A DNA stretch of 64,000 nucleotides from assembly GCA_963422375.2 (NCBI GenBank), contig OY729428.2:1504001-1568000 (forward strand), in the 5' to 3' direction. Every line of letters starts with the position of its first letter. Positions within the stretch are counted from its first letter, which is position 1. This DNA comes from Bryobacterales bacterium (GTDB lineage: Bacteria > Acidobacteriota > Terriglobia > Bryobacterales > UBA6623). This document shows positions 43,368-54,326 of the stretch, in pieces. The translations under genes were made by a program, and so were the position numbers. The notes under the pieces were generated by a model, which was not told the origin of the DNA, did no database searches, and saw only the letters and a list, made by a program, of their open reading frames with translations.

Positions 43368-44708
43368 ATGGGTGCTTCGGTGAGTATCGACAGACGCGCT
43401 TTCCTGCAGGGAGCAGGGGGAATCGCATTGGCGCTCCCGGTGCTGGACGCCATGGGAGCCGCGGTGACCGACGAGGTTCCGCGTCGCTTCTGCGCCCTCT
43501 ACACGGCCAATGGGATGTCGTTGCCGAGGGAGGAGAACGGCATTGACGAGTGGAGCTGGTTCCCCTCCGGCGAGTGCGACGGCGAGTTCGTCTTCGGCAA
43601 GTCCACCGAGCCGCTGAGCTCGTTCCGCGAGCAGCTCAGTTTCTTGGGTGGGCTCTACCACCCGAGCGGGCCGAAGGCCGATCCGCACACCTGCTCCGAC
43701 ATGTGGCTTACCGGGGCGCCCTTGCACAACCCGACCCGGAAGACTTACAACAGCGTCGCGCTCGACCAGGTGGTGGCACTGCATACCAAGCAGCACTGCC
43801 GACAGCCGTCCCTCGTGCTGTCGATCGACGCCGGCACCGGCTTCCTTTCGCGGACCGGGACGATCTCGTACGACTTGGAGGGTCGGCCGATTCCCGCGGA
43901 GAACAATCCCCGGCGGGTTTTCAACCGGCTCTTCCGCGGCGACCGCGCGTCGCTTGAGTCGCAGCGGGACGAGCTGCAGCGGCGCATCAAGCTGGTCGAC
44001 GCCGTAACCGAGAGCGCTCGCACGCTCGACCGCCAGCTCGGAAAGTCGGACAGGGAGCGTATGGACCAGTACCTGACCTCCCTCAGCGAGGTCGAGTCGC
44101 GGCTGATCGCCTCGGAGCGCTGGATCGATATCCCGATCAAGAGGCAGGACTACTCGCACCTCAACTTGGACGCCACGTCCGAGGGCGAGCCTTCCGAGTA
44201 CTACCGGACGATGTTCGACCTGATCGCGCTGGCGTTTGACGCGGACATCACTCGCTCGGTGGCGTTCATGCTGAATCGCGAGGACGGCATGGGCATCAGC
44301 GACACGTTCCCTCTCAAGCTAGGCCTCTCGCATACGCACCACAAGCTCTCGCACGCCACGGACAAGGAAGGCCAGCTGAATTTCGCCAAGTACGACCGGT
44401 TCCTCAGCGAGCAGATCGCGCATTTCCTCGGGCGGCTGACCTACTACAGGGACCGCGACGGCAGCGTGCTCGACAACACCATCGTGCTGTTCGGCAGCGG
44501 CGCGAGCACCACGCACACGCCGCGCAACCTGCCGACCTTGGTCGCGGGCGGGGCCAACCTGGGCCTCCGCCACGGAGTCTACTGGAGGGACGGCGAGACG
44601 CGGATGTCCAACATGTACCTGAGCATCCTGCGGGCTCTCCAACTCGAGACGGAATCCTTCGCCGACAGCACCGGCACCCTGACCGAGTCGATCTTCACCC
44701 GGTCATAG
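43368..44708 (+). CDS. DUF1552 (HXXSHH) domain protein, Tat-exported
   Basis: [60 protein letters not shown]; the usual partner of DUF1592 genes. Confidence 0.9.
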   Translation: MGASVSIDRRAFLQGAGGIALALPVLDAMGAAVTDEVPRRFCALYTANGMSLPREENGIDEWSWFPSGECDGEFVFGKSTEPLSSFREQLSFLGGLYHPSGPKADPHTCSDMWLTGAPLHNPTRKTYNSVALDQVVALHTKQHCRQPSLVLSIDAGTGFLSRTGTISYDLEGRPIPAENNPRRVFNRLFRGDRASLESQRDELQRRIKLVDAVTESARTLDRQLGKSDRERMDQYLTSLSEVESRLIASERWIDIPIKRQDYSHLNLDATSEGEPSEYYRTMFDLIALAFDADITRSVAFMLNREDGMGISDTFPLKLGLSHTHHKLSHATDKEGQLNFAKYDRFLSEQIAHFLGRLTYYRDRDGSVLDNTIVLFGSGASTTHTPRNLPTLVAGGANLGLRHGVYWRDGETRMSNMYLSILRALQLETESFADSTGTLTESIFTRS

Positions 44709-44826
44709 GGCAGCGCGAGCCGGTCGGAAGGTCCCGCGATTCCGACGGACGGGCTACGAAGAGCGGGAAGGCACGGATGGGGGCGGGGCGCCCGCTATGG
44801 CGCTCGGCTCGATCAGTAACGGATCT

Positions 44827-45231
44827 ATGTTCCTCACGCTGCTAATTGTCACGTTTCTTATCGCGTTGGCGGTCTCGTTCGCTGTCGTCCAGCTGTTTGA
44901 CCGCCCGGTTGCCGCAATACTGCGTCGCATCGTGGCGGACGAACTGAGCTCGGCATGGCACCGCTACATCAAGTTCGCGGCGTACGTCGTGGGCATCTCG
45001 GGAGGCGTTCGCATCCATGACCTGGAACGGTACATCTCGGCACCCTTGGAGGGGCAGGAGATCCTGGACCTGACCGCGGAGCGGTGGACGCTGGAGGCGT
45101 ATCGGACCGTGATTGAGACGCTGCAGGGCATCGCTTGGATGCTGCTCCTGGTCTTCGTGCTGGCACTGGTGGCGTACGTGCTCGCCCGCGGCTTTGAACT
45201 TCGATACGCTCGAGGTCCCAAGGGGGACTGA
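44827..45231 (+). CDS. Hypothetical membrane protein (about 3 TM segments)
   Basis: MFLTLLIVTFLIALAVSF...AWHRYIKFA.YVVGISGGVRI...WMLLLVFVLALVAYV; alternative start 44797. Confidence 0.75.
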   Translation: MFLTLLIVTFLIALAVSFAVVQLFDRPVAAILRRIVADELSSAWHRYIKFAAYVVGISGGVRIHDLERYISAPLEGQEILDLTAERWTLEAYRTVIETLQGIAWMLLLVFVLALVAYVLARGFELRYARGPKGD

Positions 45232-45282
45232 CGCTCCGTTCAGACCGTCCCGGCCGACGGCAGCGGCGGCCTCTGGCGCGCC

Positions 45283-46692
45283 CTATCCGAGCACCGCCTC
45301 GGTCGCCTCGGCGAGAATTCGAACGATGCGATCGATCTGCTCGCGAGTCACGACGTACGGCGGCGCGAGGCAAAATACGTCCCCGCGCATCCGACTGAAC
45401 AGGCCCCGCTTCCGGGCCTGAGCGCTGAGCCTTTCGCCGACTCGCGCCCTGGGCTCGAACTCGGCCTTGGTGGACCGGTCCTCCACGAACTCGACCGCGC
45501 ACATCAGCCCCTTGCCGCGGATGTCTCCCACGTGGGGGTGATCCCCGAATGCGGCTTCCATCTCGGCTAGGAGGTAGCGTCCCATAGCGCCCGCCCGCGC
45601 AACGAGTCCCTCGCGCTCCAGAATTCGGATGTTCGCGAGCGCCACCGCGCAGCCGACAGGGTGCGCGCTGTAGGTGTACGCATGCATCCAAGGCGTGTCG
45701 CCTCGGTCGAGCGTCTCCGCGACCCCTTGCGAGACCCCGACTCCGCCGAGCGGGAAATAGCCCGAGGTGACCGCCTTGGCGAACTGCACGAGGTCCGGCT
45801 CCACTCCCCAGTGCTCCAGGGCGAACCACTTTCCGGTCCGGCCGAATCCGGTGATGACTTCGTCAGCGACGAGCAGGACGTCGTACCGGTCGCAGATCGC
45901 CCGGATCTGCCGAAAGTAGTCGTCTTGAGGCACGATGACGCCGCCGGCCCCTTGGACGGGCTCCGCCAGAAACATCGCGACCGTCTCGGGGCCTTCCCGC
46001 GAGATCGCGTTCTCGAGCTCGTCGGCCGCGGCCATCCCGGGGCTCGTGCCCGCTGGTGCTTCGTATCGATAGGGATAAGGGGAAGGGATCTGCACGAAAC
46101 CCGGAACGCGAGGCTCGAACAGCGGCCAGTAGCTCGGAATGCCGGTCGCGCTCATTGCCGCCAGCGTCACCCCGTGATACCCCCACTGGCGGGAGATGAC
46201 CTTGGTCTTCCTTGGACGGCCCCGAATCTTCCAATAGGACCGAGCGAGCTTGAAACTCGTCTCGCTGGCCTCGCCGCCTCCCGACGTGAAGAAGAAGCGG
46301 TTGATCGAAGGGTAGATCAAGCGGGAGAGCTTCTCGGCCAGTTCGATCGCGCGGAGGTTCGAACTCCCGGCGTACCCCGAGCAGTAGGCGAGATCCTGCA
46401 TCTGCTGCCCGGCAGCTTCGGCCATTTCCTCGCGTCCGTGGCCGACAACCACGTTCCAGAGCCCGGACAGCCCGTCAATGTACTCGCGTCCGTCAGCGTC
46501 CACCAAGACCGCTCCGTGTCCGCTCACCCAGACATGACCCCCTCGGTGCGTGTTGGAGCTATGCAGCGGGTGGATCAGGTGATCGAGGTCACGGGAAAGG
46601 AGCTTGGCATTTGCAGAGCCGTCGGCATGTGCCACTCCCGTGGCGCGGGGGGAGACGCTTTGCGACGGGCGCGGATTCCGCATCGCCTGCAT
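45283..46692 (-). CDS. Class III PLP-dependent aminotransferase (omega-amino acid/amine transaminase)
   Basis: YIDGLSGLWNV..GHGR, FFTSGGGEA, GYHG, EPVQGAGG, DEVITGFGRTG, FAKAVTSGY.PLG, HAYTYSAHP. The real start may be about 46623. Confidence 0.92.
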   Translation of the reverse strand: MQAMRNPRPSQSVSPRATGVAHADGSANAKLLSRDLDHLIHPLHSSNTHRGGHVWVSGHGAVLVDADGREYIDGLSGLWNVVVGHGREEMAEAAGQQMQDLAYCSGYAGSSNLRAIELAEKLSRLIYPSINRFFFTSGGGEASETSFKLARSYWKIRGRPRKTKVISRQWGYHGVTLAAMSATGIPSYWPLFEPRVPGFVQIPSPYPYRYEAPAGTSPGMAAADELENAISREGPETVAMFLAEPVQGAGGVIVPQDDYFRQIRAICDRYDVLLVADEVITGFGRTGKWFALEHWGVEPDLVQFAKAVTSGYFPLGGVGVSQGVAETLDRGDTPWMHAYTYSAHPVGCAVALANIRILEREGLVARAGAMGRYLLAEMEAAFGDHPHVGDIRGKGLMCAVEFVEDRSTKAEFEPRARVGERLSAQARKRGLFSRMRGDVFCLAPPYVVTREQIDRIVRILAEATEAVLG

Positions 46693-47679
46693 CGTACCTC
46701 AACCTTCTTCGTCGGCACGACATCCCCCGCGTGGCGTTGCCCCGTCAACTAGGGCCCGAAGGTCGCCGACCCTAATGCGCAAACGGATGGGATTGTCGCC
46801 GTCCGGCACGCACAGGCACGGCTTGCGACTCTAAGGATACCGCCCGTTGACAGACCTTATTGGTGCAGACTTATTGATTGAAATTCTGGACAATACACCG
46901 TCCGGTTCTCAGGAAAATTTACAATTTAATGAGCGGATTTATCTTCGGTATAATTCCGAAGATCTTGTTCAGATATTACTACTTAATTGAAAGATATTCT
47001 CGCTAGAATGACTTGTATAAACGGAAACTTTGTCTGTGAAAACTTGATAGAAACCCGAGTTGGCGTAAAGCTCTTCAATACCGATATTTCGAAGAGATTC
47101 TGGTCCGCGTCCAATCCTCCGGGAAGGTGCCCGACTTCCAAGGCGACCTCAGCATGCAACATCAAAGACCAATTACCATTGGCTATGTTCCGAATAATGT
47201 GATCGCCCATGCCGATTCCGGCTGGCAAAGCGGGAATACGCCGCCTCGAGGGCCGATCTGAAGTCTTCCCGAAGCTGGTCCCAGACGCGGGCCTGGCAGT
47301 CGGTCTGTCCGCAACGGGCCCATCGACCGCGACCTGAGCTGGCGAGAGCGGTTCCCGCTCTACGCCCTCTCCCGGCTTGAACGACATCCCGTCCGGCTTG
47401 GTCCCGAAGGCCAGCGACTCCCTCCAGGCCAAAGCGCCGCTACTGCCCGGGCCTGCAGGCACAGCTCTGCGTCGGCCCGCCCGCTGGCCGCATAGCCCGG
47501 GGCGGGATGATCTGCTCGCGCATCCAGTCCGCGCTGGACCGTGAAGGGTCCGACGTGCTCTGGGCCGATTCCCGTCTCGCTTCCCGATGCCTGTCGAGGA
47601 ATTGGCCGGCTCGCCATCGAGCGCCATCCGTTCGGGCATGGTGACGCCGCTGCACGACCTTCCATCTGGGCCCGATCTC

Positions 47680-47943
47680 CTACCACTCGGGGTGCTCGCG
47701 GCGCTTCCCGAACAGCGCGTGAGGGTTGTCTCGCAGGAGCATGGTCGCCAGCTCGAGCCTCTCGTCCTCGCTGCAGAACCCGTCCTCGACCTTCTCCGCC
47801 AGAACGCGGGCGACGTTGCGACGGGCGAGCTTGGCGTGCGCGTAAGTAAGTTCCGGATAGCGGTAATCCCCGCCGAAGCCGGCCGCCGGGGAAGAGAGCA
47901 GCGCGGGGACGGATCCGAAGAATGTGCGTCGGCCGACTGGCAT
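47680..47943 (-). pseudogene. Internally deleted Tat-exported amidohydrolase remnant
   Basis: MPVGRRTFFGSVPALL (Tat signal) joined almost directly to FGGDYRYPELTYAHAKLARRNVARVLAEKVEDG...LL.DNP..LF, which resembles the last part of an amidohydrolase barrel. Confidence 0.55.
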
Positions 47944-47981
47944 GGTCCGGCAGGATCCCCACGCGTTCGCAGCAGAGATTC

Positions 47982-48287
47982 TCAGCCTCCCACGACCAGA
48001 AGATTGACCACGCGCTTGACGCCCTTGACGGCGGCGACTTTGGTCGCCCTCGACTTCACCTTGGCCGACCGGGCGATCCCCCGGATGGTGACCACCCCGT
48101 CGGTCACTTCGACCGTCAGTGCGCGGATGCGCAGGAACGTGTTCCTGTTGAGCTTGGCCTGCACGCGGTCGTGCAGGGAGCCGTCGGGCTGCTGCCCGGG
48201 CAGCGCCGCCCGACCTCCGGCGACGGCGATTATCAGTCTGCGTCGGGTCAACCGCATCACTCGATCGAAGGTACCAGCGGCGTTCAT
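47982..48287 (-). CDS. BON domain protein
   Basis: DGSLHDRVQAKL...LTVEVTDGVVTIRG...AVKGVKRVVNLL; overlaps the era stop codon. Confidence 0.82.
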   Translation of the reverse strand: MNAAGTFDRVMRLTRRRLIIAVAGGRAALPGQQPDGSLHDRVQAKLNRNTFLRIRALTVEVTDGVVTIRGIARSAKVKSRATKVAAVKGVKRVVNLLVVGG

Positions 48288-49234
48288 TCCGATTCAAGAA
48301 TCCGACGGAAGTCGAGTTCGCGCACGAACGCCTTCTGGTTGCGCCAGTTGCGACGCACCTTGACGAAGACTTCGAGATGCACCCTGCGATCGAACCGGGC
48401 TTCCAGCGCTTGGCGCGCCCTGCTGGCGAGCTGCTTCATCTTCTCTCCCTTCCGGCCGATCAGGATCGCCTTCTGGCCGTCGCGCTCCACGACGACGGTC
48501 GCCGCGATGCGGAGATTCCTCCGGGTTTCCTCCCATCGTTCGATGTCAACCGCCACCGCGTGCGGGATTTCGTCGTGCGTCTCGCGCAGGATGCGCTCCC
48601 GGATCAGCTCCGCCGCGAGGAATCTCTCGGGCTGGTCGGTTAGATGACCTTCCGGATAGTACTGCGGCGCTTCCGGCAGCTTCTCGAACAGCTCCGCGAG
48701 CACACGCTCGAGATTGACCCGCTTCGTGGCGGAAATCGGCACGAAGCCGTCGAAGTCGTGCATTTTCCGGCAGCGGTCGAGGAAGGGCAGCAGCAGGTCC
48801 TTGCGGGCGACTCGGTCCACCTTGTTCGCCAGTAGCAGCGTCGGCGCCCCTAGGTTCTTCGCGACTGAGACCGCCCGCTCGTCCGCGTCGTCGAGCGGGG
48901 CGCTGACGTCCACCATGACCAGCGTTGCCTGGCATCCCTGCGTGGCACGAGCGACCTCCCGCATCATGCGCTGGCCAAGTTCCTTCGACGGCTCATGCAC
49001 GCCGGGGCAGTCCACGAAGACGATCTGCCCGCGGGGCTCGCTCAGCACGCCTTGGATGGCGTCGCGGGTGGTCTGCGGCCGACGGCTCACGATGGCGACC
49101 TTGCTGCCGACCAGCGCGTTCAGAAGCGTCGACTTGCCCACGTTGGGCTTGCCGAGGATCGTGACGAAACCGGCCTTCGCGCCGCTCCGTCGCTCTGGGC
49201 CGCCGGTTGGCGGCACGGGCGCATCCTGCGTCAC
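48284..49234 (-). CDS. era: GTPase Era
   Basis: GFVTILGKPNVGKSTLLN, PQTTR, DCPG, NKVD, ISA, EIPHAV, ILIGRKG KH domain. Confidence 0.96.
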   Translation of the reverse strand: MTQDAPVPPTGGPERRSGAKAGFVTILGKPNVGKSTLLNALVGSKVAIVSRRPQTTRDAIQGVLSEPRGQIVFVDCPGVHEPSKELGQRMMREVARATQGCQATLVMVDVSAPLDDADERAVSVAKNLGAPTLLLANKVDRVARKDLLLPFLDRCRKMHDFDGFVPISATKRVNLERVLAELFEKLPEAPQYYPEGHLTDQPERFLAAELIRERILRETHDEIPHAVAVDIERWEETRRNLRIAATVVVERDGQKAILIGRKGEKMKQLASRARQALEARFDRRVHLEVFVKVRRNWRNQKAFVRELDFRRILESE

Positions 49235-49686
49235 TCCGCGCTCCTCGCGATCAGGCCCGACGGAAGGCTGTAGCGCGCCCGCAGGCGCTCTTCGGCCGCT
49301 TGCATTTCCCCGTCGTCGGCCTCGTGGTCGTAGCCGCTCAGGTGCAGCAGGCCGTGCAGGGCGAGAACTTGGATCTCCTCCTCCATGCTGTGGCCGTGCT
49401 CCGCTGCCTGCCGGGAGGCCCGAGCGGCGGAGATCAGCAGGTCTCCTAGGTACCCGTCTTCGCCGTCCGGGAACGACAGCACGTCAGTGGCCTTTGGCGC
49501 GCTGCGGAAGCGGGCGTTCGCGCTCCGCAGCGCCCGGTCCGTGCTGACGACCACGGAAAACTCCATGCCTCGAGCGAGGTCGCGGGCGATGACCGCCAGG
49601 AACCCCCGCACCCTGCTCTCGTCGAATCGGATCTTGCGCTGGCGGTTGACGAAATGCCAGCCCCCTTCGGATGGTCGGGCGCTCAT
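49231..49686 (-). CDS. ybeY: rRNA maturation endoribonuclease YbeY
   Basis: ATDVLSFP, LGDLLIS, HGLLHLSGYDH. Confidence 0.94.
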   Translation of the reverse strand: MSARPSEGGWHFVNRQRKIRFDESRVRGFLAVIARDLARGMEFSVVVSTDRALRSANARFRSAPKATDVLSFPDGEDGYLGDLLISAARASRQAAEHGHSMEEEIQVLALHGLLHLSGYDHEADDGEMQAAEERLRARYSLPSGLIARSAE

Positions 49687-50696
49687 TCCGGACGCTCGGG
49701 CCGCGCGCCAGGGGCGCGCCGCTCGTATGCGGGAGCCAGCGCGTTCAGCTGCCTGGCGTTGTAGCGTTCGTAAGCCCGGATGATGCGCTGGACGAGGCTG
49801 TGCCGCACGACGTCGCTCTCGCCGAAATGCACGAACCGGACGCCCTTGACGTCCGCCAGGACGTCCAGCGCTTCGATCAGGCCGCTGCGCTTGCCGGAGG
49901 GCAGGTCGATCTGCGTGATGTCGCCGGTAATTGCCGCCTTGGACCCGAATCCGAGACGGGTGATGAACATCTTCATTTGCTCGGCAGTGGCGTTCTGGGC
50001 CTCGTCTAGAATGATGAAGCTCTCGTTTAGCGAGCGGCCTCGCATGAACGCCAGTGGCGCGACCTCGATCGAGCCGTTCGCGAGACAGCGTTCGACGCGC
50101 TCGGCGTCGAGCAGGTCGTGCAGCGCGTCGTAGAGCGGGCGCAGGTAGGGATCCACCTTCTGCTGGAGCGTGCCCGGTAGGAACCCGAGCCGCTCCCCCG
50201 CCTCGACCGCGGGCCGCGCGAGCACAATGCGGCGCACCTGCTTGGCCAGCAGCGCCCAGATAGCGTACGCCACCGCCAGGTAGGTCTTGCCCGTGCCCGC
50301 GGGGCCGATGCCAAATACCATGTCGGAACGCTCCATGGCCTCGAAGTAGCGCAGCTGGTTCAGGCTGCGGGGCGTGACGGACTTGCGCCCGCACAGACGC
50401 TGCCGGCTGCTTTCCACGAGCCCCTTGAAGCTTATGTCCGGGTCGGCCGTGGCGACGCGCAGGAAGTTCCGCACGTCGCCGTTGCTGAACCGATGGCCCT
50501 CGTTGAGGAGGGTCATGTAGTCGGCGATGATGTCGTCCGCCCTGCGGACCTGCTGCTCGTCGCCCTCGATCTCGAGGCTGTCCGCGGACAGGTGGGCGGT
50601 CACCCCGAGCGACTTCTCCAAGATGCGGAGATTCTCGTCCCGCGTGCCCACCAGCGACTGGATGCCTTGGCTGACGGAGATGAATGCTTTGCTCAA
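49683..50696 (-). CDS. phoH: PhoH family ATPase
   Basis: [55 protein letters not shown]. Confidence 0.94.
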   Translation of the reverse strand: MSKAFISVSQGIQSLVGTRDENLRILEKSLGVTAHLSADSLEIEGDEQQVRRADDIIADYMTLLNEGHRFSNGDVRNFLRVATADPDISFKGLVESSRQRLCGRKSVTPRSLNQLRYFEAMERSDMVFGIGPAGTGKTYLAVAYAIWALLAKQVRRIVLARPAVEAGERLGFLPGTLQQKVDPYLRPLYDALHDLLDAERVERCLANGSIEVAPLAFMRGRSLNESFIILDEAQNATAEQMKMFITRLGFGSKAAITGDITQIDLPSGKRSGLIEALDVLADVKGVRFVHFGESDVVRHSLVQRIIRAYERYNARQLNALAPAYERRAPGARPERPE

Positions 50697-51109
50697 TTGG
50701 TTCGGTGCCTTCCTCGTCTCGTTGGTCCGGCGGCCCGCTACTGGCGGCAGGCCCCGTTGCGGCGCCCGCTAGACTTCCTTCCGCGGCGGATATCGCTCGC
50801 GGGGTGCCAGGGCGAGAATCTCGCTCGCCTCGGCGCGCCAGGCGCCCGTTGACCGGATCGAATCCGACCAGGCAATCCAGCCGGCCCGGGGATCTGCCGG
50901 GAGGCGCCGTAGGGGGGCCTCGGGGCTGTCTGCGGCGGAGGCTGCGACGATCCGGCTGCTCGCGCTCGCCCGGCTAGCCGCCCGTGCCGCCGCGCAGGCA
51001 GGGCCGCTTCTCGCAAGGTCTCTGGCGGGGACTGCGATCTGAGCCACCTATCGAAAGAATAGCCAAGCGGCTTGCGCCGTCCCTGCGAGAACGGCGCGTC
51101 CGGCCGGGA

Positions 51110-52558
51110 TCAGGCCAGCACCTCGCGGATGACGTGCCCATGCACGTCGGTCAGGCGGAAGTCGCGCCCGCCGAACCGGAACGAAAGCTTGGTGTGGTCG
51201 ATTCCGAGCAGGTGGAGCACGGTTGCATGCAGGTCATGGACAGTCCGGATGCCCTCGATCGCGTGATAGCCGTACTCGTCCGTCGCCCCGTAGACCGTGC
51301 CCGGCTTGATGCCGCCCCCGGCCAGCCACAGGCTGAATCCGAAGGGGTTGTGGTCGCGCCCGTTGGAACCTTGCACGAAGGGGGTCCGCCCGAACTCGCC
51401 CGAGAAGATGACCAAGGTCTCGTCGAACAGGCCGCGCGCCTTGAGATCCCGGAGCAGGCCTGCCACCGGCTGGTCCACCGCGAATGCGTTGCGGCCGTGG
51501 CCCACGATCAGATCCTGGTGCTGGTCCCACGGGTTGGACGAGTTGCCTCGGCCGCGATTGCGGCCGTCGACCATCGTCAGCTCGACGAAGCGGACTCCGC
51601 GTTCGACCAGCCGTCGGGCGATCAGGCACTGCAGGGCGTAGTCGCGCTTGGGCGGGAACGTCGAGTCGAGGCCGTACAGCTTGCGGGTCGCGGTGGACTC
51701 GTCGCGGAGGTCGACGAGTTCGGGCACGGCCGTCTGCATGCGGTAGGCCGTCTCGTAGTTCTCGATGGCCGCCTCGACTTGGGGATGGCCGCGCGTGCGC
51801 TCGAGATAAATCGAGTCGAGCGAACGGATGAAGTCCAGTCGGCGGCGCTGCTTGGAGTCCTCCTCTCGCGGACGGACGTTCGCTAAGGGCTCCTCCGCTC
51901 CGGGATACAGGAACGAGCCTTGGTGCTGGGCTGGCAGGAACCCGCTGCTGAACATGTTGATGCCGCCCAGCGGGATCCCGCCAGTGCCGATCACCACGAA
52001 TCCGGGCAGGTCCTTGGAGGCGCTGCCCAGTCCGTAGTTCACCCAGGCTCCCATCGACGGGAAGCCGGTGAACGGCTGCCCGCAGTGGAAGTAGAAGTTG
52101 CCCTGGGCATGCTCCATGAACCTCGCCGTCATGGAGCGGACGACGGCGATCTCGTCCGCGCAGGTGGCGATGTGCGGGAACAGGTCGCTCACGGCGATGC
52201 CCGACGCCCCGTAGCGGTGGAAGTCCCACGGGGACGGCATGATGTTGCCGTCCTGGTTGAACATCGTGCGGGCCGTCTCGAACGGCATCGGCTGCCCGGC
52301 CTCCGAGGCAAGGCGCGGCTTCGGGTCGAACGAGTCGATGTGCGACAGGCCGCCGGACATGTAGCAGAAGATGACGCTCCTGACCTTGGGCTCGAAGTGC
52401 GGGCCGGCAGGGGCGCGGTCGGCGGCGACCGCGCCGTAGGCGGGATCGGCCATCAGGCCCGACAAGGCGAGCATGCCAAAGCCCGTAGAGGTCGTGCGCA
52501 GCATCTCCCTGCGGGAGAAGGCTGGACGCGGACGCGGATGGAAGCGCGGATCGAGCAT
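51110..52558 (-). CDS. DUF1501 domain protein (Tat-exported)
   Basis: SRREML, PHFEPK..SVIF.YMSGGLSHIDSFDPKP, PSMGAW..YGLGS, LPGFVV, ARRLVERGVRFVE, WDQH, EFGRTP, GRDH, GRDFRLTDV.G. Confidence 0.92.
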   Translation of the reverse strand: MLDPRFHPRPRPAFSRREMLRTTSTGFGMLALSGLMADPAYGAVAADRAPAGPHFEPKVRSVIFCYMSGGLSHIDSFDPKPRLASEAGQPMPFETARTMFNQDGNIMPSPWDFHRYGASGIAVSDLFPHIATCADEIAVVRSMTARFMEHAQGNFYFHCGQPFTGFPSMGAWVNYGLGSASKDLPGFVVIGTGGIPLGGINMFSSGFLPAQHQGSFLYPGAEEPLANVRPREEDSKQRRRLDFIRSLDSIYLERTRGHPQVEAAIENYETAYRMQTAVPELVDLRDESTATRKLYGLDSTFPPKRDYALQCLIARRLVERGVRFVELTMVDGRNRGRGNSSNPWDQHQDLIVGHGRNAFAVDQPVAGLLRDLKARGLFDETLVIFSGEFGRTPFVQGSNGRDHNPFGFSLWLAGGGIKPGTVYGATDEYGYHAIEGIRTVHDLHATVLHLLGIDHTKLSFRFGGRDFRLTDVHGHVIREVLA

Positions 52559-52678
52559 GCCTGCAGATCCACGGATACTATAGCTCACGGGTCGTGCCCT
52601 ACGCGCCGATTGCCCTCCGTCCGTTGGCGAGCGGCCGGGCGTGACGTTCGCGGTTGGACTTGCGTGTACAATTCCCAC

Positions 52679-54325
52679 GTGTCGGTTGGCGCGATCGCGT
52701 GGCGCAGCTGCATTCTCGCTGCGCTGCTGTTGGCTGCTTGGCCTAGCGACGCGCAGGGCACGCGAGAGGACTGGCCCAGCTACGGGGGCCTGTGGAACGC
52801 TTGGCGCCACAGCGAGCTCGACCAGGTCAACGTCGACAACGTCCGGCGCCTGACCGCGGTCTGGGCGTTCCAGGCCGAGGACGGAGCCGAAGGCCTCCAA
52901 GCAACGCCGATTGTCCGCGCCGGCGTCCTGTACCTGTCGACGTCCTCGAACCTGATCTACGCACTCGACGCCGCCTCCGGCGACGTGCTCTGGAAATACG
53001 ACGCCCGGCCCGGCCCTCCCGGCGTGTACCGGAAGCAGAATCGCGGCGTCGCGGTCGGTCACGGCTTGGTGTTCATGGGAACCATCGACAACCGCTTGGT
53101 CGCGGTCGATCGCGAGACCGGCCGGGATGTCTGGCAGGTTCAGGTCCAGGATCCGAAGCAGTGCGGCTGCAGCATCACCGGTGCGCCGCTGCTTGTCAAG
53201 GACAAGATTGTCGTCGGCGGGACGGGCGGCGACTTGGCCTATCGCGGCAGCATCAGCGCCTTCGACGCGAAGACCGGAGCGTTCGCGTGGCGCTTCTACA
53301 TCACGCCAGCCCCGGGCGAGCCGGGCAACGAGACATGGGAGGGGGATTCCTGGAGGTACGGCGGCGGAGCTCCGTGGATGACCGGATCGTACGACGCCGA
53401 GCTGGACCTGATTTACTGGGGCACGGGCAACGCGGCGCCCGACATGGACGGGGAGGCCCGGCGCGGCGACAACCTCTACACCGCCAGCGTGGTGGCGCTC
53501 TCGCCGGGCACCGGCGAGCTCGCTTGGCACTACCAGGAGGTGCCGCACGATGTCTGGGACTACGACTCGGCGTACGAGGTGATCCTCGTCGACCTGCCGG
53601 TCGCCGGGCGGCCGCGCAAGCTGCTGCTGCATCCCACGAAGGCGGGCTACACCTGGGTGCTGGACCGCACCAACGGGGAGTTTGTCGCCGCGTGGCCGAT
53701 GGTCGAGACCACGTGGGTGGCCGGGATCACCGAGGACGGCACTCTCGTCGGACGCGTCGAGCCGGCGCCGGGCAAGCCCGTCAAGGTGTGCCCGAGCGTC
53801 GGAGGCGGCAAGAGCTGGAACCAGGCGGCCTTCTCGCCGCTGACTGGGCTGATCTACATCCCGACGGCGAACGGATGCAGCTTCCTCCACGTGCGCAGCC
53901 AGAAGCCCGTGCCGGGCAAGGGGTACATCGGTGGCTTTTGGAAGGGCGCGCCGGCCTCGGCCGACAACTACTCTGCCCTTGTCGCGTTCGATCCGCTCAC
54001 GGGCGAGAAGCGCTGGGAGCTGCCATACAAGTACATGCTGCTCTCCTCGATCCTGAGCACGGCGGGCGGGCTGCTCTTCTACGGCGACGCCGAGGGGCGG
54101 TTTCTCGCCCGCGACGCCCGGACCGGCGAGAGCCTGTGGAGCTTCCAGACCGGTGCGGGGCACCGCGGCTCGTCGGTGACCTACGCCGTGGACGGTCGGC
54201 AGTACATCGCGACTCCGAGCGGGTGGGGCTCGATGGCCGCCGGAGGCAGGGCCCGATACCCCGAATTGCGGATGCTGTCCTCGAAGACCGCAACGGTGTT
54301 CGCGTTCGCCCTGCCGGAGGACTAG
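52679..54325 (+). CDS. PQQ-type beta-propeller dehydrogenase, atypical active site (paralog of 33802-35541)
   Basis: GTG start and signal peptide; WPSYGG..WRHSEL.QVN, LQATP, NRGVA, CGCSITGAP, GGDLAYRG, GGGAPW, GN, GDNLYT, PHDVWDYDSAYE, CPSVGGGKSW. Confidence 0.9.
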   Translation: MSVGAIAWRSCILAALLLAAWPSDAQGTREDWPSYGGLWNAWRHSELDQVNVDNVRRLTAVWAFQAEDGAEGLQATPIVRAGVLYLSTSSNLIYALDAASGDVLWKYDARPGPPGVYRKQNRGVAVGHGLVFMGTIDNRLVAVDRETGRDVWQVQVQDPKQCGCSITGAPLLVKDKIVVGGTGGDLAYRGSISAFDAKTGAFAWRFYITPAPGEPGNETWEGDSWRYGGGAPWMTGSYDAELDLIYWGTGNAAPDMDGEARRGDNLYTASVVALSPGTGELAWHYQEVPHDVWDYDSAYEVILVDLPVAGRPRKLLLHPTKAGYTWVLDRTNGEFVAAWPMVETTWVAGITEDGTLVGRVEPAPGKPVKVCPSVGGGKSWNQAAFSPLTGLIYIPTANGCSFLHVRSQKPVPGKGYIGGFWKGAPASADNYSALVAFDPLTGEKRWELPYKYMLLSSILSTAGGLLFYGDAEGRFLARDARTGESLWSFQTGAGHRGSSVTYAVDGRQYIATPSGWGSMAAGGRARYPELRMLSSKTATVFAFALPED

Positions 54326-54326
54326 C

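Noticed and set aside
46840..47260. AT-rich islet with short ORFs on both strands
   Set aside because: No recognisable protein motif in the frames I translated; cannot be called without a search.
50769..51047. 92-aa ORF upstream of phoH, considered as ribosomal protein S20
   Set aside because: No S20-like sequence; it has the Ala/Arg-rich composition typical of spurious high-GC ORFs.
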